A DNA stretch of 64,000 nucleotides from Marsupella aquatica (Eukaryota > Plantae > Marchantiophyta). The notes under the pieces were generated by a model. The model made no database searches, was not told the DNA's origin, and saw nothing but the letters and a program-made list of their open reading frames with translations. The DNA is taken from positions 28,649,145-28,713,144 of the forward strand of contig OZ316891.1 in the NCBI GenBank assembly GCA_973895155.1, given 5' to 3'. Both the position numbers and the translations under genes were made by a program. Below are positions 12,901-23,646 of the stretch, one piece after another. Numbering within the stretch: position 1 is the first letter of the stretch; each line of letters starts with the position of its first letter.

Positions 12901-15634
12901 TAATTGTTTGCCAATGATAGACGGCGTTGTGGATCCTTCCGGCTCTGCCACAACGCCTGAGGAAAATCCACCGTTACGGGTATAGCTCCCCCTTTAGCCG
13001 TTTCATCCAATTGGCTTACTTCTTGTGCTTCCTCCGGAATTGCAGCTAAAAAGGTGGACTCTATGGCAAAGCAGTCCTCGGCTTCGTCTTCACAATCCTT
13101 CAAGTCATTCTCCATAGGTTCTTGCCATAGTCCGCTAGGGGATACCTCTGGTCCAAAGACACTTTCTTCGGTTTGGTCAGCGAGGCATTCTAACCATCGT
13201 ACCTCATCGGCTGATTCCAGTCCACTGTCGTACCTGTCTACCTCCCTGATGTTTCTTCTGCGGTCATCCTTGGTATCCCAGGATACCGTGATAGAGGGGG
13301 TCCCAAAAGTGAACTCCTTCTTACCCCAATCTTCTATTACCTTGGCTAGGTATAGCCACGGTCTACCAATCAATAGCCGGAATGACGTAGGATTCACCGG
13401 CTTCATTACAACATAGTTAATGCTAAAGAAGATACCTCCTATCTTTGTCTTGATGCCGGTTAACACTCCCGTGGGAATGACCTAATACCCATTGGCCATA
13501 TTCAACACTCTTCCAGTCATTTCCGGTGTTAGACCCCACCCCTTTGTTGTTGAATCAATCATAATACATACCCCTGATCCTCCATCGATGGGTACCCGTA
13601 GTAATATTTCTCCTTGAATCATTAATGGTAATGCTGGGGCTCCTTGATCTTCTGTCGGATCTGGTCGCTACCTTGGCTAATCTTGGCTTGCCAAGGATCG
13701 CCTTTCTTAACTACTTCCGGAAGTACGAGCTATTTTTCAATAGTTGACCTACTATTGCCGAGACTCTAGATTCTAGTACATCTTTAGCCAGGTCATAGGG
13801 AACTATCGGTTTCTCCAGTGGTGTCTCTATCTTAGATTCGGCCTGTTTTTTCACGCTAGTCCCTACAGCCGTTGGATCTTCCGAAGCAAACAATGCTTTT
13901 GCTCGTTTCATATCGTTGGCTATGGCTTCAGTATTCTCCAGGGTTTCTAATTCTCGCAGTTGTTCCTTAACACTAGCCGTGATAGATGGGTAGAACAACT
14001 TAGGGTGGTCTCGATTGAAGTCGCTATCCTGTGAAGGATTGGGCTCACTGGTGGGCTCATGGCTTACCTGTGTTGACGGTGCCCTTCCTTCTCCTTCCGT
14101 TGATGTTGACGAAGAGTCGATCTTTTCTTCCTAAACCTTCCCTTTATTTTTGGCCAGCCCATCCCACCTTTCCTTCCTTCTGGTTGATCGAGTAGAGACC
14201 CGGTAGCAATCACGATCCATATCCTCTTCTGAAAATGTTGATAGGGCCTCGGTCTCATCATCAGATGGTCCAAATTCTGCCTCGGCATCCACTTGCCATC
14301 CGAGTTCGATGTGGTTGATTTGAACTCCTCCTGGGGTAGTACCTGGCGGCAAGACCTTGACCGGCAAGAGCTTATGATTTGCGGCCAATCCCGCCAACCA
14401 AGTAGGACATTGTCCTAGCATGTGACCCTCCTGTCGGCATCCCATACATAGCTGAGCTGGTTGTCCATCACCTTGTTTGCGTGCATTCGGGCATTCTCTA
14501 GCAAAATGGCCAGGTTGACCACAATTATAGCATGCCGCAAATCTTTGCACATTCGGCCTAGGAGGTACTGACGGATTCTGAATAATCCGAGGATACATCT
14601 CTCCTGGATTGTTCCTTAATCCTGACCAGAGAGATGCAGGTCGGTTGGATAGGTCTCGTGCTCCAGTCTCACTGATGCCGAAAACACTATCAGCTGCATC
14701 TCCTAGAAAGTACTCTACTTCTCCCTGACATGGTCTGACTTCAGCCACATGCCGAACATGACTAGTATTGAGCTTAGGACATGCATCTTTATGGTGTCCG
14801 GTGTTATAACATAAGGCACACCATACAGAGCTATCCTCCTGCACTACCTTCTTCTTTGGTTTTACCTCTGCTATTATAGCTTTAAGCTGCTCGGTAAGGG
14901 CTACGATGTTATCTGATGGTTTAGCCTCCAGCTTGACTTTCGTCTTTCCTCTTCTTTTGCCCTTCCTTTTCCTAGTTTTTTCTTCTTCAGAACTAGAGGA
15001 TGACTCACTCTTGCTACTTCCACTATCCGAGCTTGAGTTATCACTTCTTGACTTCTTAGAGTGTTTCTTTTTCTTATCCTTTTTCTTATGGGGTGATCCC
15101 TCCTCCGATGAGGAACTCTCAGACTTAAGCTGTTTCTTCCGGCTTGTGATATCTGCATTAATGTATAATTGAATATCTTTAATTGCCTCGGCTAAAGTCT
15201 CTGGGTTCTCCTTCCTAATTGCAAAACTCATCTTCTGTGGCAAAGCATTCACCAACCATTGAAGTTGCATACCTTCAGATGCATTGGTCTTTGTACGTCT
15301 TACCAGTTTCTGAAAGCGTTGCAAGAACTTCCTGAAGGATTTGTTCTCCTTGAACCGAAGTCGTCCCAACTTCAGCACTGCTAGTTCTGAAGTTCCAATG
15401 GGTCAAAACTCCTTAACAAATAGTGTTTTGAAGATATCCCAGATGGCTTGATCTTCCACATCCAATGCTCTGTACCAAGGCCTAGCCTCACCCTTGAACA
15501 GGCCGGGAAGAATCTGCATCTTGATGGCCGATTCTCCATTTGCTGCAGCGGTTCCCTTGAAATCATCCAACCATTCGTCCGGATCCTCATCTCCTCTTCC
15601 ATGAAATGCTTTGTAATGAATGCGCGACCGTTGG
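9991..15634 (-). pseudogene. gag-pol: Gypsy gag-pol of element A, degenerate
   Basis: Gag (EWLDDF..GEARPWY, three CCHC knuckles in 14131-15378), protease (LLIGRPWL), RT (FMDGYSGYNQI, FIDDF), RNase H (FVDVSG, TDH), integrase (GYWWPTLH, WGIDYIGP). Several stops. Confidence 0.95.
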
Positions 15635-18575
15635 TGTCAAACACTTGTCAAGGAGCTTAAGCATCTTTTCCCCTAAAAAACTACCTAATACTTGCTCCAT
15701 GTCATACCAGGGTCACAAAGGATTGACAAAACTTCTGAAATGTACATGCAAGGTCTAAGTACACCATACACAAGTAGTTTCAACTCTCTACTTCTAGAGA
15801 GGTAGTCACCTTGACTACTTTTGCACTCGCACTCTTTCTCTCTCCTCTACTCCAAGGATTAGCAAGGGGGATATCCACTCCAAGCTGTCACCTTAGAGTA
15901 GACCCTAAAAAAAACACCCAAGAACCCCAAGTACTTTTCTCTTCAAGCTTAAGTCCCCTCAAGATCCTCAAGGTAGTGTTACCCCTTAACCTTGCCCCCC
16001 CTGCCCTTGGTTTGGGTCCACACACCCCCTTGAGCTCTAGAAAAACTCTTCTTGCAAAGAACTCTTCCTCTTGGTTCTCACACAAAGCAAGGTACTTTCC
16101 ACCCTCAAGATACAATCCTCTCTAAACCCCAAAGTAGTGCTCCACCTTAACCTTGCCTCCCTGGCCTTGGTTGTGTACCAGCACATCCCCTTCACGATTA
16201 GACCAAGATTGCATCCTAGCATGGACTCTTCTCTTGCTCTCAAACACTTCACATTTAATCACACTTAGTGGTCACAATGAAGATTGGAAGAATCCTTTTA
16301 TTGTATACTCAATCCTTACATAAAAGGTCACTACACACTCTCCACACTAAGCATGGACCTCCTTCCCCTTCTCAATCTTAGCCCCAACTTGCAAGGTAGA
16401 GCTTACACTTAAGAATGAGACTTCTGGTCCTCAACAAATGAAATCTTCCACCTTCTATACTATTCTCCTTTCACACCACACCAAGCTTGACCTGGGGTCC
16501 AACTATACCTCCCCCAAGTCCTCCTAACACACCAAGTCCAAACTATAGTTCATAGCTCACTCTACAACCTATTGCTTGACTCCTTCCAAGCCCTGGAATA
16601 TGCCATACATGAGTTGCATACTTTGACCTCCAAACCTGCTCCCACTTATGGTCCTTTTCATCAGCTTTCCAACGCACTTGAAAGCTTGCAAAAAGAGTTC
16701 TTGAGTCCAAAGTTATGCCTAGTCAAAGTTGGCCTTATTTGACTTGTACCCCTTATACTACCCTAAGCAAACTACCCTCTATACTCACTTCTATTAACTT
16801 GATGGCCTTGCACCTTCGACCAAAGGTAAGTACCCTTCCCTAGAGCCTTACTAAAGTGGTATGGGTACCCAAAGTGTTTGGCCCTACATCTGGTATTCAT
16901 TCCCCCTTGGCAGCTCCCGTTTGCAAGCTAGCGGGACCCCCCATGGCGACGGTTTAAAATATCTCTGGGTATTTCTTTTCCTGGATTTCTATCTTCACTC
17001 AATGATGCTTTACCTTCCCTTGAATCGGCACAAAAAATATGGGCCTCAACGGATGCCCCTAGCTCAAGTTATGGCATTTTCCCTCTCTCAATCCCTTATG
17101 TGCAAAAGGGCTCCGAATTACACTGTCATAGGTCCCGGTTTACACTTATGTGTATACCAGGTGTCGACCTGAGAGAGTTCCTCATAAGGTCCAGTCTTTC
17201 CAGAAGCTATAGAGCTTAGCATCGTGCCTGATTGTGCAGCTGATTTGAGGATGATTCCTTGACTAATTGCTTGACTGATTTTTGCAGTAGCTTCTCCTCT
17301 GATTTATGACTGACTCCCTTCTAATTGTTGGGCTGGATTGTGATTGATTTGCTCAGGAGTAGCCATAGCTCACAACTGCTGTAAATTGCAGCAGCTGGTC
17401 AATTCTCAGCACATGGATTCTCAATTGCCAGCCATTCTCTTTTGAATTTACTCAGCACAAGCTTACCTACCCGCAGATTGAATCAGCCAACACATTGAAT
17501 CAGTCAGCACATTGAATCAGCCAGTAGAGTGAATCAGCCAGCAGCATCCACGTTTTCCTTGGCAGCAAGCTCTATAGTCTATGTAGTGCCTGCCCTTTCT
17601 CAATTTGTCAGCATCCAGGCAGAGATCATGTTTACTAGACAGCTGTTGCATCAATTTCACATTGCCTAAGTTAGCCGATCTCGTGCTGGAGTAACAATAG
17701 CCCACCATAGATTTTCCACCATGTGATTTCATAGTCTAATCACTCAACTCACAGCCGCCCTCGTGCTTAGACTCCTTCCTGCCTCGTGCTAGCCTCGTCG
17801 CAGCCGCATCGTCGAGTTTCCACACTTAGAAAAAATTTGGTTCTCTCGCGGGAGAAAACTTTGTACTAGCCCTTTTTAAAGCCATGCCAAAACTCACCCA
17901 TAGGTCTAAAAGAATTTCTGAGCATAGTTATGAGATCCTTGGACATAGGACTCCCTCCTGAATTTGTCAAACGCACTAAATACCCCGCAATGACTTTTCT
18001 AAAAATACCTAAGTTTGCCCATATCTATAGGTTGTATTACTTTTCCCAATCTTTGAGGTGCTCCCAAAAACTAACCAAAGTTGATAAACTACTTCTTAGA
18101 CTTTCAAGGGATATTATGGGCTATACTATACCCAATTTTAACCTCGAACCAAAAATATCTACCCCTTGGCTAATTTCTCCGGGATCCGCTAGATGGTTAT
18201 TTTAAGTTCAGCCAAAATACTCACAATTCCTAGGTTGAGACCCTACTTCACTTCATAATTTTTCAGGGTTCCCTAGGGACCTCCCCGCACCCATGGGAGA
18301 AATATTAGCCAAAAATGAGATGTCAGGTGTTGGGTCATTTTCCGGTCCCGACTTAGTCGCCTATCCTAACTAAGGAAAGAATATTTGCTGCCCTACCATA
18401 AAGACCTCACTTATCCCTTTACATCTTCTTAGAACAACATATTTTTCCCTTCCATGATTCCCTACTATCCTTCCTTAGTGACTTAGGGTTGCAAACCCTA
18501 AGTACTTTACTAATGCTAAAATGTATTTCTTACTATCCTTGTACAAAAAGCAAAAAAAATGATGAGTTTCTTACA
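15635..18575. other. 2.9-kb non-coding segment bounded by TG..CA; possible solo LTR of another family inside gag of element A
   Basis: Starts TGTCAAAC exactly where gag homology stops and ends TTTCTTACA beside an 88-aa ORF. Flanks GTTGG and TACCC do not form a TSD. Confidence 0.4.
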
Positions 18576-18579
18576 TACC

Positions 18580-18846
18580 CTATTTTGAGCTAGTCCACAG
18601 TCGGCTCAATCTGGTCCCTGGCCTCTCGTCTGGCCGTGCCTCTGGTTCCCCCATGTTGGTTGGGTACTCGTTTCTTCCTACCGACTCCTCTTCTGGTATG
18701 TCTTCTTCGACGCCACTTCCAGCTTCGGAGCTACCAGCTCTTTCTGCCCCTCTTAGTCGCTGTGTATCATGCCACCCGGCGAGCTGCTGCAGACGAGCTC
18801 TCTCCCGTTGAATCGCTCTTTCCTCCCTTGGTGTAGGTTCAGTCAT
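18580..18846 (-). CDS. 88-aa acidic ORF just after the PBS; probable detached gag N-terminus
   Basis: ATG about 50 nt downstream of the PBS, in sense with gag; low-complexity E/R-rich composition. Confidence 0.4.
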   Translation of the reverse strand: MTEPTPREERAIQRERARLQQLAGWHDTQRLRGAERAGSSEAGSGVEEDIPEEESVGRNEYPTNMGEPEARPDERPGTRLSRLWTSSK

Positions 18847-18893
18847 TACCTACGCTACTTTCCTAACTTCATATCTCACGGCTTAAGAAATGC

Positions 18894-18911
18894 CCCCTCC
18901 ATCTAGCGCCA
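18894..18911 (-). promoter_or_regulatory. Primer-binding site of element A (tRNA-Arg-type TGGCGCTAGA)
   Basis: TGGCGCTAGATGGAGGGG, 4 nt after the LTR terminal CA. Confidence 0.85.
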
Positions 18912-18915
18912 AAAA

Positions 18916-21900
18916 TGTGGTGCGTCCCATGGCTCCCTAAACCCCAGAAAACCCCCCTTCACAAGCCGATTCCCGCGGGTTTCGCGCTTGGCGAGGCCGT
19001 TTCCGCGGCTTAGTGGCATGGGACGCTGCTAACCTCCTTCTACTACTACTATTAACATTTTACACACATATACTGAACAGATCCTTCATCGGGTCATGAG
19101 ATACATAGCCGGCCTAATCTAGGCCTTCCCTTGTCTTCCCCTTGTCTTGTTAGGTATATTTGGATTCCGCCGCCGGAATGATCCCCAATAGGCTTGGTTA
19201 AGCCGCTAAGACCTCTCTCAGCTCGACACATCCAACTCTCACTCCCTTGCTTACTTTTCTTCCTCTATTAGTTGATGTGGGCACTCTTCACACAAGTTAA
19301 TGCGACACACAAATAGCAAAATGACTCCTTCTGACTGAGTCATACCATGCACTTGCCATACAAACAGTACATCTCATACACAAGCTCTGCGAACTAAGCC
19401 GTGAGGCCAACTCTATTCAGCTCTTAGGCATGAGGAAACATGAATATACACAAGGGTCACTGTATGACTAACAGAGAGCTTCTCTTACTACTTGATCCCA
19501 GCCCGGCTGGTGCAACTAAAAACTTGCTAAAGAAGAGGCCCTGAGCTCCCCGCTGCCCAGGTACTTATCCTGGTAGTGGATCCGCCTAATTCTTTGCAGC
19601 GTAAGCTTAATCTACCTAACTGAATCTACCTATGTACAGCAAGGCAGGAGTACAAGTGTTCCTCTTACCAGCGGAACCGCAATCCCACTAAGCTAAGTGT
19701 CAGGGCCGCCTCCTGGTCCTGATCCTAATCCTAAACTTAGAGATCTGAGCCCGCCCTGCCCACTCACGCCTCCTCCCTCCACGTCCGCCCTCCTTGAAAG
19801 GAGCGGCCCTCCACCACCGTCATGGCAGCGGTGTCTGTTCCTCAGTGGACGCCCCCAACGCTTCCACCTCAGCCACTGCCGTAGGTTCGTTCTCTGACAG
19901 ATTACCTGCCCTTGACTGAGTCAACTCTCCATCGGCTTGACTGGGTCCACCCCCGGCAACGGCATCGGCTTCAACATCAGCCTCGGCTACGGCCTCAGCC
20001 ACGGCTACGACCTCCCCTGCACACTCAAGTGGCGGATTGGGTACCTCGGCTTTATTACCGAGTATCCTGGCCTCGGCTTTGTCATCCCCTTCTTCTAGGG
20101 TAGTTGGATCCTCTGTCGTAACCCTGCCTGAGGTCGGTGCTGGGTTTACCTCCTTGCTCACCACGGCCTGTGGAGCCGTATTACTCCCCGACCCTGAAGG
20201 TTTCCGCTTCTTCTTCTTTTCTGGTTCGGCAGCTGGCCCCTTCCCCTTCCCACTTACTTCCGGCACTAGTGCAAATGGCACGGCTTGTCCTTCGGCCAGT
20301 ACCACTCCTGGTAACTTAGTGGCCTCAATTTGAGTTGGCCTTGATGAAGCCAAGCACTTAAATACTGCGGCTTGTTTCTTCAGCCGCTCCGTTTGGTTGT
20401 CGGCTCGTCATTGTAAGTTCTCTAGGTTCCGCATGCTTTCCTCCAACTCTTCCTGCACTTCGTCCAGGTCCTTGCGCGCCTCCTCCAGCTCCTTCTGGGC
20501 TTCCTCCAATTCCTGTTTAAACGCAGCTCTCTCCTCCCGGGTCGCTCTTAACTCCTTGTCGAGCTCTGCAATGATGACAGACTCCATCTGGTTCATCTTG
20601 GCGTAAGTCTAATCGAGCATATTGTCCTTCTCACGCAGGTCGGCCTTGAAGCTGGCCCTCAGGGACGCAAGCTCCTGCTGCAGCGCAATAATCCCTTGAT
20701 AGGATTTCCCTAACTCGGCCTCCTTCTTCTCAAGGGCTCCGCGGATAACCTCAAGCTCCCCCTTCAATGCCCTTTCCCTTCTCAGGGTCTCCGCCCTGGC
20801 CCGGTTGTTGGCTGTTATGTGGGCCTCCTCTGCATCCCTCAGCTCTCGCTTCCACTTCTCCCGCTCCTTGATCGCATCGGCCACCTCTTCTTGGGTTCGA
20901 GTCAATTTATTCTCGATAATCCGATTATCAGACTGTGCGGTATCCAATTGGCCCTGCATGATATTTAGCTCATGCCGCTTAATCCGTAGCTCATCTTGGG
21001 CTTTCTTGGCCGCCCCTAGGTCTTTGATTTTGGCTTCCCTTGCCCTGAGCCGACGGATCACCTCGTCCTTCTTGCTTCTTTCCAAAGCCACCGCTTCTTC
21101 TAATTGGCGCTTCTCCAACATCTCCCTCTGAAAAAAGGGTCCTTGCTCCAACTCCTCCCCAAAGATGCTGAGCGCCAGCTCTCCACACATTTCCCCGTAT
21201 TCCATGGCTCTATTCTTAGCATAGGTGGAGGAAGTAGAAGTCATCGGCATCATCCACCGCGGCCTCTGCTCCCAAGCCGTCTTGCGGATCTCTTCTATTG
21301 TGGCTGGAGGGATGCTTCGTTTTTCTGCAAGCCGCCTGATGTCCTCTGGCCATTCTCCTCCTGGTAAATCCTTTTCCCTAGCCAAGGCTGCCTCCTCTTC
21401 CTCCCTGATTCGCTCCTGAAATTCCTGCGCCGTTTGTTTTATGCCGTCAAAGCTCGGGGGAGCGACATCTGGTGGGGGAGACTCGGGGCTACTCTGCTGG
21501 CCTGGGTCTCCTCGAACTACTCTTGGGAGCGTGGGGATGAACCGGCCACAGGTCCTTACTCCTGGAACATGATGATCCGACCCGTAGCCGGAGTCATCAT
21601 TGCTGTAGTCCTCTACCGCCTCCTCCTCGGCTTGGACTACCGGCTTCTCCCGCTGTTCTCCTGGTTTTGTCGTGAACACGGCTTCACCTCTCACCGGTCT
21701 TGGTTCCTCCTCCGGCCCGTGTTGATCTCTTGTTCTCCTTGTCGTGGCCGGGAGCTACGGCCTGCTTTTCCTCGGCTTCGGGACTTGAGACTCCTACATA
21801 CATCCGGACTCCCGGCTCGTGTTCCGGCCTCCCTCTCTCCTTGACCCTAGTAAAGGGGTTTTCCCTTGTAAGCCGGCTTAGGCCCACCTCTGGAGCAGTG

Positions 21901-23646
21901 TCCTGTATTGGTGCCGTTGCCGTTGCCGTTCTCTTTTCCTTCTCCAGCAATTTCAGCAGATTCTGCATGCCTGGTTGCTGCATCGGCAAGTCCTCCGTCC
22001 TTGGCCTAAACACCTGCTCGATTGTAGGACTGTCGGGCGGGTTGGGTTTCTCCGTTGCCGGCCTTTTCTCCGGGACCTCCTCCGGTGCTCTTGCCGATAG
22101 GGGAAGTAATGGGGCAAAGATTTGACTTCTGACATACCGGCACAACAGCGGCATGTGATAGCCAAGCCGGGACACGCTTCCCACGCCGATCACCTGCTAT
22201 TCCTCCTTCAAGATCTTCTTCAGTTGGTTGAGGAGGTACCCGTTGTAATCCCGGCTTGGGTCTGGCCTTTCTGCCAGGTAGACCTGAGCCTTGCCGATCT
22301 CTGCCCTCGGCAAGTTACAGTGCATGGTCACCCACAAGAAATCGATCATCTCTCCGATGTGCGGGTTGGTGCAGGTGTTCTGGAAGAAGCCATTCTTTGT
22401 TGATAGTCCTGGGAACAACCAAAACTCCTTGTCAGGTAAGGTCTTCCTGGTATCAACCTTGGTCTTATTACCCATCGGCAAGCCAAACACTTCAGCAATC
22501 ACCCGGGGAGTGAGATAGAAATCCTTCCCATACACCCTTGTGGAATTGGTCTCGGACTCCCATGATCCCACGAATTCTAACAAGTCTGAGTCCGGCACCT
22601 CCGGCTTCAGCCATGGTAATCTTACGAAGGCTTCCAAGCCGGATGCGGCCATGAAGCCTTGGTACTTCTTGGTCTGCATAGCTGTAAAGCATGCATCCTC
22701 CTCCCGTGCAAAGTGTAATTGCACTTCCTCCGGTAGGGTCGCCGCCCAGCCTTTCCAGGTGTCATCGTTTGTTGGAATGGCATTGATGGGGTCGACCTCC
22801 TCCTCCTCGGCTTCTCTCTGCCTCTTGCTCTGCTATTCTGCTGGCTTCTTTGGTGCCGCCGACCTCGTTCTTTTTGCCGGGGTGGCCTCTTCGTTGTTGT
22901 TCCCCTTCCTCTTCATCTCGGCTCCCGTGGATGTCTCTCCTAGCACGGTTGCCTTTGTCCACCCCTCCGTGCTACCCTTCAACTCCCACTGTATGTCGTT
23001 GCAGCGTTTGATGGCTTCTCGGATGCCGATGACTCTATCTTCGCAAAATAGCAGGTCGTCTAGCTCGTTGCCAGTAGGCGTCCACAGGAATTCAACCTTG
23101 ATGAGTTCTCCTCCTAAGAAAGCAGCTTTCTGCAGCTCCCACAATCGGGTGAGCTCCTGTCGTTCTTGAGCTGCTCTCTCCGATTCTTCGTCCTCGTAAG
23201 TCCCAATGTACTCAGTTGCCCGTTCGAACAGGCATCCCCAAAAATGTGCCGCTTGATTGACGTTGCTCATACCCTTCTCGAGTTGATAGTCGGTATCTGT
23301 TCCCACCCTGAGCGCTTGCCTAAGCAGTTGACAGTAGTTGGCCGCCCGTAGTCGCCTGCCCAGTTCGTGCTTGCAAATGAGCCACTATTCCTCGCGAGCG
23401 GTCCTTAGCCCTCTCCTCCTCTGGTTCTCCCTCCCGTTGGTTACCCCTAGCCGCCGGCACTTAGCGTGCCCTAACCCTAATCGTGTTCTCTCCCCTGGCG
23501 TCCTTACTTCCGGCCTCGGCTTGGGGTCCATAGTCACCCTTAATTGTTTATATTTTCCTTATTTATGTAACTATACTAAGGTGTTTCTAGGGTACACTTC
23601 CCTTTTCCCCTTAAACTAGCCCAGTGATTCCTGGCTAGGCATCACA
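18916..23646 (-). repeat. 5' LTR of element A (family-1 copy 1a, 4731 bp)
   Basis: TGTGATGC...GCACCACA inverted termini; adjacent PBS; same boundaries as the TSD-flanked solo copies. Confidence 0.93.
19820..23270 (-). pseudogene. LTR-encoded protein, family 1 (PMD/plant-transposon-like domain + coiled coil), disrupted
   Basis: Colinear ORF pieces 22833-23306, 22197-22724, 21684-22193, 20609-21694, 20408-20596 and 19820-20353 match the intact reading in copy 1c. Confidence 0.85.

Larger units (their letters stand above)
3728..23646 (-). mobile_element. Ty3/gypsy LTR retrotransposon A (non-chromovirus, Athila-like pol, no additional RNase H seen), with 4.7-kb protein-coding LTRs
   Basis: 5' LTR 23646-18916, PBS, gag-PR-RT-RH-INT order, PPT, and a 3' LTR starting at 4187 that matches 23187-23646 with about 10 substitutions in 460 bp. 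The left TSD is outside the window. Confidence 0.9.

Noticed and set aside
15674-18579. Intron joining the 88-aa ORF to gag (GTATGT donor, TTTTTTAG acceptor)
   Set aside because: A stop precedes the donor and the spliced product is out of frame with gag.
20805-23169. Many antisense ORFs over the LTR genes and pol
   Set aside because: Ser/Phe/Leu-rich shadow frames of E/K/R-rich coding strands, with no independent support.
19820-23270. Family-1 ORF as a host myosin/SMC-like gene or as retroviral Env
   Set aside because: It is intronless, multicopy and always inside LTR termini. The coiled coil is generic and there is no signal peptide or transmembrane helix.
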